Assembly: GCA_965204895.1 (NCBI GenBank) | Contig: OZ242025.1 | Coordinates: forward strand, 1,884,572 to 1,948,571 | Source: Dehalococcoidia bacterium | Lineage (GTDB): Bacteria; Chloroflexota; Dehalococcoidia; Lucifugimonadales; UBA2985 | Direction: 5' to 3' | Length of the DNA: 64,000 nucleotides | Shown: one piece after another, positions 37,313 to 47,286 of the stretch | Numbering within the stretch: position 1 is the first letter of the stretch | Layout of the letters: every line of letters starts with the position of its first letter | Notes under the pieces: generated by a model | The model's input: only the letters and a program-made list of their open reading frames with translations | What the model was told of the DNA's origin: nothing | The model's database searches: none | Translations under genes and position numbers: made by a program

Positions 37313-38265
37313 GCTATCAAGTCCTGATAGGGCAGGCGCTTGCCTACTGAACCCTGAGCCATAGCCGTCATTTGGTCGGTAGTGTCCAGGGGACGGGCAT
37401 TGTGCCTGCCCGAAAACTCCCCAACATACCGCCCCAGGTGCTTGGTGCTCACATGGTGGTACGTACCATCAATCCCACGCTTCAACATCGCCCACAGCGA
37501 TTCTATGCCGTTGGTGTGCGCCTGTTGCCGTACATACTCCCCTGCACTATGGCGGACCACTTTGTGCAGTCTGTTCGATAGTCCAGCATAACTAGCGTGT
37601 TCGTCCGTGTAGACGGCTGTACCTGGTTCGGTGTGTTCCTGGACGAAACCCTGAAGAGAAGGCTTGTCGGTGAAGGCTATGGGCTGGGCTGTGACCTTGC
37701 CCGTCTCCCTGTCCTTTGCACCTATCACGGCCGCTTTGCCAGCAATGCCGCGCCCGGCGTTCAGCTTCTTGCTCTTGTGCTTGTTCTTCTCTTTCCCGCC
37801 TATGTACGTTTCGTCCACTTCGGTCGGGCCTGCAAACTTCTCAGTGGCATAATCCCAGGTCAACCGCAGGCGGTGTGCCAAGTGCCAGGCTGACTTCTGA
37901 GTGATACCCAACTCGCGGTGTAGCTTCATGCTGGATATGCCCTTGAGATTGGTATTGAACAGGTAGAAGGCCAGGCCCCACTTGCTCAGGGGTAGCTTGG
38001 AGTCGTGCATGATAGTACCCGTCTTGACCGTGAAGTCCTTTTTGCAATCGTTGCAATGGTAGGTCGTGGTCTTGCGCCCGTTGGTTCGGGTACTGACGTT
38101 CAGGCTTCCACACTCCACGCAGGCTATTCCGTTGGGCCAGCGTCGGGCTACAAACCAGGCTTCGGCCTGTTCCTCCGTGCTGAATAGCTGGGCTACTTCC
38201 ATCAGGGTCATGCCCTTGCGGTGTGCCTTGCCTGGTGCTTTGCCGTGTTCGCTCATAGTGTCCAC
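37309..38265 (-). CDS. IS1595-family (ISXO2-like) transposase
   Basis: 318 aa. N-terminal zinc ribbon ARRWPNGIACVECGS…YHCNDCKKDFTVKTGT, then a DDE region with VDETYIGGKEKNKH, VYTDEHASY and TNGIESLWAMLKR. Confidence 0.85.
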   Translation of the reverse strand: MDTMSEHGKAPGKAHRKGMTLMEVAQLFSTEEQAEAWFVARRWPNGIACVECGSLNVSTRTNGRKTTTYHCNDCKKDFTVKTGTIMHDSKLPLSKWGLAFYLFNTNLKGISSMKLHRELGITQKSAWHLAHRLRLTWDYATEKFAGPTEVDETYIGGKEKNKHKSKKLNAGRGIAGKAAVIGAKDRETGKVTAQPIAFTDKPSLQGFVQEHTEPGTAVYTDEHASYAGLSNRLHKVVRHSAGEYVRQQAHTNGIESLWAMLKRGIDGTYHHVSTKHLGRYVGEFSGRHNARPLDTTDQMTAMAQGSVGKRLPYQDLIA

Positions 38266-38478
38266 CTAGCCTTGATTTATGGAATCAGTGTACACTATGC
38301 TAGGCATGGTGTCAAGGGGTTTGGAGAGAATGTACAGGACTTGACCGCGGCGTCGGAGGGCGCGACACTGAGCATACGAACAGGGCAGATTAAGTGTCTG
38401 CCCTGTTCTTGGTCGGTCGTGACACTATGGAGAAGGGAGGTGATAAGGGATGAAGCTGTTTGAGCCTCTACCCACAAT

Positions 38479-38551
38479 GTGAGCGGGCTGCACTCGCTTA
38501 AATAGGGTGTTGGGAGTTCAGCGCCCAACACCTGCGAGTGTAGCCCGCCAC
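38479..38551. other. Long imperfect hairpin (about 27 bp paired) in the non-coding part of the IS
   Basis: The outer stem pairs GTG(A)GCGGGCTGCACTCGC with GCGAGTGTAGCCCGCCAC (18 bp, one bulge, one G-U). The inner stem is GGTGTTGGG-N9-CCCAACACC. It sits about 215 nt upstream of the transposase start. Confidence 0.5.
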
Positions 38552-38613
38552 AAACGGAATCCTTGCACGACCGACCATACCCCTAAATGCCTCAGCCGTC
38601 AAGTCAAGCCTGA

Positions 38614-38636
38614 GTGTACACAAAGATATAATTCCC
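38614..38636. repeat. Right terminal inverted repeat of the IS (target duplication at 38637-38644)
   Basis: GTGTACACAAAGATATAATTCCC followed by TTTTTCTT. Confidence 0.85.
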
Positions 38637-38665
38637 TTTTTCTTTATCCGGAAGTTGAGACTGCC

Positions 38666-39832
38666 CTACGCCCCGTCCGGCCACTCTCCCAGGGTCACCT
38701 CAACCTCCACGGTCTGCCCGTCCCTGTACAGGGTCAGGGTTACCGAGTCCCCGGGGTCGAGGCTGTTGAAATACTCCACCATCTGGTCGACCGAGGTCAC
38801 CTCTGTGCCGTCCACTGCCCTTATGACGTCGCCTCTCGTCCCAAGGACGCCGAATCTGTCGCTGCCTCCGGCAATCAGTCCCGCTTCGTCAGCCGGGCTG
38901 CCTGCCCCGACGCTGCTGACGTACACGCCTTCGGTAATGTCCAGTCCCAGGTAGTCGGCCAGGCCGGGGGTCAGGGGAGTGCCGCTTATTCCCAGCCAGG
39001 GGCGCTTCACAATCTCGTTGTCCAGGAACCTGGTCATCAGGTCCTTTGCGGTGTTTATGGGCACGGCAAACCCCACCCCCTCGGTGCTGACAAAGGAGAT
39101 CTGCACGGAGGTGTTGATGCCTATGACCTCCCCGTCGGCGTTGAGCAGCGGGCCGCCGGAGTTCCCCGGGTTCAGGGTGGCGTCCGTCTGTATCATCCCG
39201 GTTATCAGCCGGCGGAACATTCCCGGCCGGCTGCGCTCGATGCCGCTGACCACGCCCACGCTTATGGAGTTGTCCAGACCGAAGGGGCTGCCTATGGCGA
39301 TGGCCATCTCGCCGGTCTCGACCGCGCCGGAGTCGGCCAGGGTCAGAGGGTCGATGACGGACACGTCCTCGGCGTCCACCTTCAGGAGCGCCACGTCGTC
39401 CGCCGGGCTTCTGCCCACCACCTTCGCGTCCAGCTTCTCCCCGCTTGGCAGAACAACCCGCACGCTCAGGGCGTCGTGGACTACGTGGTAGTTGGTGAGG
39501 ATGTGCCCCTCCGCGTCCACCAGGAACCCGGATCCCTGCCCGCCGTGGGGCAAGACGAACCCGAACCTGCTGATGCTTTCCAGGTCGGTCTCGACCGTGA
39601 CGACGGCCGGGTTAGCCTCTTCGTATATCGCTACAACCGTCTGCTCGTCGTACAAGGGGGGCGTATCCGACGCCGCGCCCCGGTCAAAGCCCACCACAAC
39701 ACCGACGACCAGCGCGGCCATGCTCAGCACGACAATCAGCGCGCCAAGGGTTACCACCCACAGGGGCAGCGCAACGCCCGAATCTGCCTTGTTCATCCTT
39801 GCCTCCGGTATCTCCTCTCCAGTATCTTCCAT
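38666..39832 (-). CDS. htrA: HtrA/DegP-family serine protease with PDZ domain, membrane anchored
   Basis: N-terminal TM helix. Catalytic triad context TNYHVV, DDVALLKV and GNSGGPLLN. The C-terminal PDZ-like segment includes SPADEAGLIAGG. Confidence 0.85.
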   Translation of the reverse strand: MEDTGEEIPEARMNKADSGVALPLWVVTLGALIVVLSMAALVVGVVVGFDRGAASDTPPLYDEQTVVAIYEEANPAVVTVETDLESISRFGFVLPHGGQGSGFLVDAEGHILTNYHVVHDALSVRVVLPSGEKLDAKVVGRSPADDVALLKVDAEDVSVIDPLTLADSGAVETGEMAIAIGSPFGLDNSISVGVVSGIERSRPGMFRRLITGMIQTDATLNPGNSGGPLLNADGEVIGINTSVQISFVSTEGVGFAVPINTAKDLMTRFLDNEIVKRPWLGISGTPLTPGLADYLGLDITEGVYVSSVGAGSPADEAGLIAGGSDRFGVLGTRGDVIRAVDGTEVTSVDQMVEYFNSLDPGDSVTLTLYRDGQTVEVEVTLGEWPDGA

Positions 39833-41208
39833 TATCTGTGCTCTGAAGGTTGACTGCCAATGGGCAGCTCAAACGTGAAGCGGCTGCCTTGGCCCGGCTC
39901 GCTCTCTGCGTAGATGATGCCTCCGTGGGCCTCCACCAGCTGCTTGGCGATGGTCAGCCCCAGGCCCGCGCCGCCTGTTGCCCTGGCCCTGGACGGGTCC
40001 ACCCTGTAGAATCGCTCGAAGACCAGCGGCAGGTCATCTGCGGGGATGCCGTTACCCGTGTCCGACACCGTTACCCGCGCCGTACCCGCGTCCGTCACCT
40101 CGGCCGTTACGCTGACATGGCCGCCCTCCGGCGTGTGGCTGATGGCGTTCTCCAGCAGGTTGCCAACCACCTGGGCAATGCGAGTCCTGTCGATATGCAC
40201 CAGGGGGAGGTCCGTGGGGACGTCCAGGGACAGGGAGACGCTCTTGGCCTCGGCCCGGGGCCTGACGGCCTCAATGGACTTGCTCAACGCCTGCTCCAGG
40301 GAGTCAGGCTCAATGGTCAGGCGCAGGGCTCCGGCGTCCGCAAGCGCCAGCAGGCGCAGGTCTTCCACCAGGAGCGTCAGGTGGAGCACCTGCTGGTGTA
40401 TGGTGTCGATGGTGGCGTTGTCGGGCTGCATGAGGCCGTCCCGCACCGCCTCCAGGTAGCCCTGGATGTTGGAGAGGGGCGTCCTCAACTCGTGGGCCAC
40501 GTCGGCCATCAGGCTGCGTCGTTGCTCCTCCGCCTTCTCCAGGTCCTCGGCCATTGAGTTGAAGGTGCGGCCCAGGTCGGCGATCTCGTCCCTGCCCTGG
40601 GTGGACACCCTTTGCGAAAGGTCTCCCTGGCCCAGCAGCCTCGCCGTCGAGCCAAGGGCCCTTGTGGGCGCAAGGACTCGACGGGACAGCAGCGACACCA
40701 GCAGCACGCCTGCGACGCCCGCGGCCAGGCCCGTCCACAGCAGCGAGCGGTTCAGGGCAGAGGCCAGAATCGATACCGACGGCTCCGGGACCTCCAGGGG
40801 CGCAATGTTGGGGGCCAGCGCCACGGTGCCCACCTCCCGCCCGCTGCTCAGGAGAGGCATGCTGTACTTCTCCTTCATGGCGGCTGTCTTATCGGAGTCG
40901 GAGGCGTCCCGGGAGTCAGCTATGACATCCCCGCTTGAGTCCTTGACCACAATGCGCACTCCGTAGAGGTCACTGGCCTGCTCAACGGCCGGCTGCAGGC
41001 CTCCCCACCCCCTGCTGGCGGCGTAGTACTTGGTTATCATCTGCTCTATGCGGGCGGCCTTGGCCTCCTCAACGTCCCTCTCAAACTGCTCCGTGGCCTG
41101 CTTTGCCGTGTAGCTCACGTACGTGCTTACGCTGGCCAGGGCCAGGGTGAGCGCCAGGGCGAAGGCCGCTATCAGGCGGAACTGGAGGCTGAATAACCAG
41201 CTAGACAT
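39832..41208 (-). CDS. Sensor histidine kinase (TM-HAMP-HisKA-HATPase)
   Basis: H box [16 protein letters not shown] box [11 protein letters not shown] boxes DTGNGI and GGAGLGL. The stop overlaps the htrA start (TAATG). Confidence 0.85.
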   Translation of the reverse strand: MSSWLFSLQFRLIAAFALALTLALASVSTYVSYTAKQATEQFERDVEEAKAARIEQMITKYYAASRGWGGLQPAVEQASDLYGVRIVVKDSSGDVIADSRDASDSDKTAAMKEKYSMPLLSSGREVGTVALAPNIAPLEVPEPSVSILASALNRSLLWTGLAAGVAGVLLVSLLSRRVLAPTRALGSTARLLGQGDLSQRVSTQGRDEIADLGRTFNSMAEDLEKAEEQRRSLMADVAHELRTPLSNIQGYLEAVRDGLMQPDNATIDTIHQQVLHLTLLVEDLRLLALADAGALRLTIEPDSLEQALSKSIEAVRPRAEAKSVSLSLDVPTDLPLVHIDRTRIAQVVGNLLENAISHTPEGGHVSVTAEVTDAGTARVTVSDTGNGIPADDLPLVFERFYRVDPSRARATGGAGLGLTIAKQLVEAHGGIIYAESEPGQGSRFTFELPIGSQPSEHR

Positions 41209-41890
41209 TGCCGAACTTGTACCCTACGCCGTAGACGGTGTGGATGTAGCCGGAGCCGTCGCTGCTTGCGCCGAGCTTGCGGCGGAGGTTGGATACGTGG
41301 GCGTCGACGGTCCTGTCAAAGCCGTCGAAGTCGTAGCCGAAGACCCGGTCAATGATCTGCTCGCGGGTGAAAATCCTGCCGGGTTCGCGAATCATCATGA
41401 CCAGCATTCGGAACTCCGTGGGTGTGAGGGTGACCTGCTTCTCGTTGGCGTAGACGGCGCGCAGCCTCATGTCCACCCTGACGTCGCCGTAGGCTAGCTC
41501 TGCGGGGCCTTGGTTAAGGTCGTCCCGGGCCGTGCGGCGTAGGACGGCCCGCACCCTGGCGGCAAGCTCCCTGGGGCTGAAGGGCTTGGTGATGTAGTCG
41601 TCTGCGCCCAGGTCAAGCCCTTCAAGGCGGTCCTCCTCCTCCACGCGGGCGGTGAGCATAACCACCGGCACCTCAGACTCATCCCTCAGGGCGCGGCACA
41701 CCTCCGTGCCGTCCATGCCGGGCAGCATGAGGTCAAGCACCACAAGGTCGGGGCGGGCCTCACGAGCCAGGCGCAGCCCTTCAACGCCGTCCTGGCTCTT
41801 CAGCACCTTGTGCCCGTCGCGGCGCAGGTAAAGCTCCACTATCTCCAGTGTGTTTGGGTCGTCTTCTACGATGAGTATGGTGCTGGGCAT
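41201..41890 (-). CDS. OmpR/PhoB-family response regulator
   Basis: Receiver domain ([19 protein letters not shown]) plus a winged-helix output domain ([25 protein letters not shown]). It overlaps the kinase gene by 8 nt. Confidence 0.9.
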   Translation of the reverse strand: MPSTILIVEDDPNTLEIVELYLRRDGHKVLKSQDGVEGLRLAREARPDLVVLDLMLPGMDGTEVCRALRDESEVPVVMLTARVEEEDRLEGLDLGADDYITKPFSPRELAARVRAVLRRTARDDLNQGPAELAYGDVRVDMRLRAVYANEKQVTLTPTEFRMLVMMIREPGRIFTREQIIDRVFGYDFDGFDRTVDAHVSNLRRKLGASSDGSGYIHTVYGVGYKFGNV

Positions 41891-41983
41891 GTTCTTTGAG
41901 CTTGAAGGATTTTGCGCCTGCCGTCCAGGGGGAGCGGAGCGAATGCCCCGTCCCCCTGCCGGCTTCCTTTAATGCGATAGCGT

Positions 41984-42535
41984 TCAGGCCTGGTCCATGT
42001 CCAGCGTGGTCTTTGACGAATCGTTGTCCTTCTGGCAGAAGCCCTTGTAGTATCCACCCCCGTGATGGCCCCAGCTCTTGCCGCCATCAAAGATACCTGC
42101 GGGCCTGGACTCCAGCCACTCCCTGTACTCCGTGTACGAGTCGGCCTGCTCCTGGTTTATCTTCCCACTCTCCACCAGGCCGTCCAGGTCATCTGCGTCT
42201 ATCTTCCACCGCATGAAGCCCTTGAACGCCCCCTCCGGCCTCTCCTCCACCCACGCCTTGTACTCGTCGGCCTGCTCCTGGGTTATCTTCCCGCTTTCCA
42301 CCATGGCGTCCAGCTTCTGCTGTAGCCACTCGTCTCTCAGCTCCGTCCGGGCCTGCTTCATTGCGTCTTGGACCTGGGACGACTCAAGACCCAGGATGGA
42401 CGCAACTCTCTCTGCGAACTTGCCCTTGCGCGAGTCCGTATCGTCGCTCTGCGCCAGCGCTGCGCCCCCGGTTAGCGCGAGCGCCAGCGCTCCGACTATC
42501 AGGGCAACGGTAATCAATCCCTTTCTCATAGGCAA
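41984..42535 (-). CDS. Secreted helical repeat protein (two GKI(T/N)QEQAD repeats), function unknown
   Basis: Signal peptide MPMRKGLITVALIVGALALALTGGAALA. Internal duplication VESGKITQEQADEYKAWVEERPEGAF / VESGKINQEQADSYTEYREWLESRPAGIF, followed by a His/Gly-rich tail. Confidence 0.5.
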   Translation of the reverse strand: MPMRKGLITVALIVGALALALTGGAALAQSDDTDSRKGKFAERVASILGLESSQVQDAMKQARTELRDEWLQQKLDAMVESGKITQEQADEYKAWVEERPEGAFKGFMRWKIDADDLDGLVESGKINQEQADSYTEYREWLESRPAGIFDGGKSWGHHGGGYYKGFCQKDNDSSKTTLDMDQA

Positions 42536-42604
42536 ATACTCCTTTCTCCTTCCGATATGCTAGTTATAGCAACATATCTTGAAGAGAGTTTGAAGGAGCT
42601 CCGC

Positions 42605-43888
<1,284 letters not shown>

Positions 43889-43941
43889 TTACGTGTACCT
43901 CCTGGCCGGGGAGTGGTTATTCTGCCCAGCGGGCAACCTTT

Positions 43942-45126
43942 CTATTCAATGCCGAGGGCGGCCCTGGCGTCCCTCTCAACCATTCTGAACACCTCTTGCA
44001 GAGGTTTACCCTCACGTTGGGCAATCTCCTTGCAGTCCTCGTACTCCGGCGAGACGCCAATGATCACGTCCGCCTCTTTCTTCAGTTTGACGCGAACCGA
44101 GCCGAAGGGGGTGTCCACGGAGACTATCTCCCGCTCCGCCTCGTAGCGGTTCAGGGTCTGCACCCGTACGCCCAGCGTGGAGGTCTCCTCCATTATGGTC
44201 TTCACAAGGGCCGACTCCATGTTGGGGCGGCACAGCACACTGAGGGTAACGGCGGGCCTGTTTTTCTTCATCTGGATTGGGCTGAACCAGGCGTCCAGCG
44301 CGCCGCGGCGCATAAGCTCCTCCTGGACGTGGCCAAGTATCTCCGGGCTCATGTCATCGATGTTGGTCTCCACAAGAGAGACCTGGGCAAGGGCGCTGCT
44401 CCCGGCGGCCTCGCCAATCCACAGCGCCAGGACGTTGGGGATGTCCGGGTTGTCCCTGGTCCCCAGGCCGTAGCCCACGTGTTCCAGGGTGAGCGCCGGG
44501 GCATCGAAGGAGGCAAGGGTGGTGATGAGGGCCGCGCCCGTCGGAGTGACCAACTCACCCGCCTTGAGGTACGGGCCGTCCGGGGGAGACACCTTTGCCT
44601 TTGACATAGCCATAAGCTGCACCGTGGCCGGCGCGGGCACCGGAAGCGCGCCCTTTCTTGTGGAGACCACACCCCATCCGGCGGGCAGGGGAGAGGAGTA
44701 CAGCTTCTCAATGCCCAGCAGCTCAAGCCCGGCCACCACGCCCACAACGTCGATAATGGTGTCGATGTCTCCAAGCTCCTGAAGCTCATGGCCCTCGCCG
44801 TGCACCCTTGACTCCGCCTCCTCCAGGCGCTCCAGAACCTGTCGAGATTTGTCTCTTACGGAATTGGAAATGGAACCGGCCTCCAGCATGTCCAGGAAGT
44901 CGTGAATGGAGTGCGGGGCCTTGTGACTCCTGCCGGTGTCAACTGAAACGTGCGTCCCTCTGATGACTCCCCTCTGAGAGGTGGCCGCGTTGACGGAGTA
45001 TCCGTCGATGGGCAGCTTGGCAAGCTCGCCTCTTAACTCTTCGATGGACAGCCCAGCGTCGATGAGCGCGCCCAGGAGCATGTCCCCGCTGGCGCCGCCG
45101 ATGCAGTGTAGGTATCCGGTCTTCAA
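43942..45126 (-). CDS. larC: Nickel-pincer cofactor nickel insertion protein LarC (DUF111)
   Basis: TTG start at 45126, in frame (1185 nt). The product begins LKTGYLHCIGGASGDMLLGALIDAGLSIEEL, the LarC N-terminal signature. The longer track ORF (to 45522) would overlap the upstream gene. Confidence 0.7.
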   Translation of the reverse strand: MKTGYLHCIGGASGDMLLGALIDAGLSIEELRGELAKLPIDGYSVNAATSQRGVIRGTHVSVDTGRSHKAPHSIHDFLDMLEAGSISNSVRDKSRQVLERLEEAESRVHGEGHELQELGDIDTIIDVVGVVAGLELLGIEKLYSSPLPAGWGVVSTRKGALPVPAPATVQLMAMSKAKVSPPDGPYLKAGELVTPTGAALITTLASFDAPALTLEHVGYGLGTRDNPDIPNVLALWIGEAAGSSALAQVSLVETNIDDMSPEILGHVQEELMRRGALDAWFSPIQMKKNRPAVTLSVLCRPNMESALVKTIMEETSTLGVRVQTLNRYEAEREIVSVDTPFGSVRVKLKKEADVIIGVSPEYEDCKEIAQREGKPLQEVFRMVERDARAALGIE

Positions 45127-45152
45127 GGTCGTCCCGTCTGTCCGTCTACCGG

Positions 45153-45764
45153 CTAGCCCAGACCGTCCCAGAAGCGCTCTTCCTTCCAGGGGTCTGCGTT
45201 GTTGTTGTAGCCAAGCTGCTCCCAGAAACCGGCCTTGTCCACGCTCAGAAGCTCCAGGCCGTTGACCCACTTGGCGCTCTTCCAGCCGTATCGCTTGGGC
45301 ACAACCAGCCGCAGAGGGCCGCCGTGTTCGGGCGAAAGGGGCTTGCCGTCGTGGCTGTGGGCAAAGAGCACGTCGCCGTCCAGCAGCGTCTCCAGGGGCA
45401 GGTTGGTGGTGTAGCCTCCGTAGCAGTGGAAGAGAACGAACCGGGCTTCCGGCTTCACCGTGGCAAGGTTGATCACGTCGCTGAAGAGCACGCCCTCCCA
45501 CAGGTTGTCCATACGGCTCCACTGGGTTACGCAGTGGAAGTCAGCCGTGACCGCGGCCTGGGGCAGGTCCTTGAACTGCTCCCAGTCCAGCTTCACCTCC
45601 CAGTCCACAAGGCCGTAAATGCGGAACCGCCACTCGCTCAGGGCTATCTTGGGCGTATCGCCGTGGGTGAATACGGGGAACTTCCCGGTGACGAACTGAC
45701 CGGGCGGCGCGACGACCGCCTGTGGCTTGATATCCTTGGGTTTTCTCTTGGGCCAGGGTCTCAA
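45153..45764 (-). CDS. Sulfite-oxidase-fold molybdopterin-binding oxidoreductase
   Basis: 203 aa with ADFHCVTQWSR (Mo-ligand Cys context) and GGPLRLVVPKRYGWKSAKWV. TTG start, so the start is uncertain. Confidence 0.7.
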   Translation of the reverse strand: MRPWPKRKPKDIKPQAVVAPPGQFVTGKFPVFTHGDTPKIALSEWRFRIYGLVDWEVKLDWEQFKDLPQAAVTADFHCVTQWSRMDNLWEGVLFSDVINLATVKPEARFVLFHCYGGYTTNLPLETLLDGDVLFAHSHDGKPLSPEHGGPLRLVVPKRYGWKSAKWVNGLELLSVDKAGFWEQLGYNNNADPWKEERFWDGLG

Positions 45765-45894
45765 CCGCGACCTCCGTGGGGCGCATATCCGGCTAATGTG
45801 TACTCAATGATAAACTATACTCAGGTTGAAGTAAAACGAAGAAACCTCTGAACAAGTAGCAAACATGACCACCGCACCTAATGACACCTTATGA

Positions 45895-45964
45895 CCATTC
45901 CTGCGAAGGCAGGAATCCAGGTTCCCTGGTATACATAGGAGATAGACCCCTGCCTGCGCAGGGG
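45895..45964. repeat. REP-like hairpin units
   Basis: CCATTCCTGC-GAAG-GCAGGAATCCAG is identical to 10340-10365. A second unit CCCCTGC-CTGC-GCAGGGG lies at 45947-45964. Confidence 0.75.
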
Positions 45965-46037
45965 TGGTCTAGCGGTTGGGTAATGCTTATTTGCTATTGC
46001 CAACACACTCTGAGAATACCCATTCAGGAGACGCGTG

Positions 46038-46066
46038 TTGACGGCCGAGGAGAGCGCCACTAATAT
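46038..46066 (+). promoter_or_regulatory. Sigma70-like promoter
   Basis: TTGACG-N17-TAATAT, about 32 nt upstream of the ATG at 46099. Confidence 0.55.
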
Positions 46067-46098
46067 TCCAACATACCTGCACGTGGAATGGACGAACT

Positions 46099-46335
46099 AT
46101 GCTTGAAGGCATTATAGGGATGGAGGACATGGGCCTCATCTTCGAGGTCACGGACGCAATGGGCATAGACCGGGAGAGCATCTCCGTCCCCCTTGAGAAG
46201 GAGGACCCCGGAGCCGTGCGCCGGCTGCCCAACGGCGAAATCGAGATAGTGGTCCCCGCGTCTGTGCCTGAAGAGGAGTGGGTTGCCAAGCTCAGGGCCG
46301 AGCTGGAGAAGCTGGGCTTCGAGATGGAGGAGTGA
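46099..46335 (+). CDS. Small acidic hypothetical protein
   Basis: 78-aa ORF directly behind a good promoter. No family was recognised. Confidence 0.45.
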   Translation: MLEGIIGMEDMGLIFEVTDAMGIDRESISVPLEKEDPGAVRRLPNGEIEIVVPASVPEEEWVAKLRAELEKLGFEMEE

Positions 46336-46337
46336 AG

Positions 46338-46715
46338 GTGGAAGAGCGGAACTCGATAGAGGTGGAGGTGGAGGACAACGACAACTGCTACGGCCTGCCG
46401 ATGCGGACATACGAGGCTCTAGGCAAGCCCGTCACGGTGTCGCAGGTGAAGATTGCCGGCCCTAGTGGGCCTGAGCAGCTTCACTGGGTCACGGGCTGGC
46501 AGAGCGATGGCGACGGCACGCCGTGCCCGGCGTACTGCGTGGAAATCTCCGATTCAGGAGAGGGCGCTGCCTATCTGCTTTATGGCGGAGACTGGGGGGT
46601 CCGCTTCAGGCCCCTGGACAGCCAGGACGAGTGGAGTGTTGAAAGCCCTCACCAGTGGGGTGAGCCGTACCTTGTTCTTGGCGACCTGTCGGACGTAGTG
46701 GCGGCTGAGCAATAG
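46338..46715 (+). CDS. Hypothetical protein
   Basis: In-frame GTG (46338, or 46332 overlapping the upstream TGA), 7 nt after GGAGG. The product VEERNSIEVEVEDNDNCYGLPMRTYEALGKP has no recognised family. Confidence 0.4.
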   Translation: MEERNSIEVEVEDNDNCYGLPMRTYEALGKPVTVSQVKIAGPSGPEQLHWVTGWQSDGDGTPCPAYCVEISDSGEGAAYLLYGGDWGVRFRPLDSQDEWSVESPHQWGEPYLVLGDLSDVVAAEQ

Positions 46716-46806
46716 CGTTCCGGCTGCTGGTCTTGATCAGTGTCTGGTCAAATTGGCGGTCGTTGTACCCAATTTGTGCAAATCTTGCAATTGGGCGTGG
46801 AGGGTG

Positions 46807-46835
46807 CTGACTTACCTATGATTATAGTGTAAAAT
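46807..46835 (+). promoter_or_regulatory. Sigma70-like promoter
   Basis: CTGACT-N17-TAAAAT upstream of the small zinc-ribbon gene. Confidence 0.4.
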
Positions 46836-46867
46836 AGCTCCCACTACGACTAGATTGGAGGGAACCC

Positions 46868-47011
46868 ATGGAAGCGTATTGTGTGAAGTGCCGATCCAAG
46901 AGGGAGATGAGCAACCCCCAGTCCATAACCATGAAAAATGGCCGCCCGGCCACACAAGGTGTTTGTCCAGTTTGCTCAACAAAGATGTTCCGGATCGGTA
47001 AGGCTGCCTAG
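46868..47011 (+). CDS. Small zinc-ribbon protein (DUF5679-like)
   Basis: 47-aa ORF below the track cutoff: MEAYCVKCRSKREMSNPQSITMKNGRPATQGVCPVCSTKMFRIGKAA. Two CxxC pairs and a GGAGGG RBS. Confidence 0.6.
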   Translation: MEAYCVKCRSKREMSNPQSITMKNGRPATQGVCPVCSTKMFRIGKAA

Positions 47012-47286
47012 CTCGGCTGACGTCGGATAGCGCAGCCCAACGCTGCCGGAGGCGTATCTCCAATAAATGTGATGGCGCTCCGGGGCGGCTCAATCGCTTA
47101 CATCATCGGTAGCCGGTCGGGGTATTCCGACCGGCAAATAGCACCAACCGAGGCGAACGTATCCATAGGCCTTTCCCGGAGAGAGGCCGTGGGTCATGTT
47201 TCCTTGACAGCTATTAACGCCGCGGGAGATGCTAATGGGTGAGCTTTTCAGAGCAAAAGGTTACATATTCTGTAGGAGGTGCCCTT

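Larger units (their letters stand above)
36387..38636 (-). mobile_element. IS1595-family insertion element (2250 bp) carrying cargo ORFs
   Basis: Perfect 23-bp terminal inverted repeats GGGAATTATATCTTTGTGTACAC. They are flanked by the 8-bp direct duplication TTTTTCTT (36379-36386 and 38637-38644). It contains an ISXO2-like transposase and has lower GC than the flanks. Confidence 0.85.

Noticed and set aside
45127-45522. The N-terminal 132-aa extension of track ORF 43942-45522 (LarC).
   Set aside because: The extension overlaps the upstream molybdopterin oxidoreductase gene in another frame and is Arg/Pro/Ala-rich. The LarC signature begins right after the TTG at 45126.
46821-46838. A shared TTATAGT(GT)AAAATAGC motif upstream of the zinc-ribbon gene (46821-46838) and upstream of dnaE (50507-50521), considered as a common regulatory site.
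   Set aside because: There are only two copies with an indel. The shared part is essentially an AT-rich -10-like hexamer (TAAAAT), so chance similarity of promoters is sufficient to explain it.
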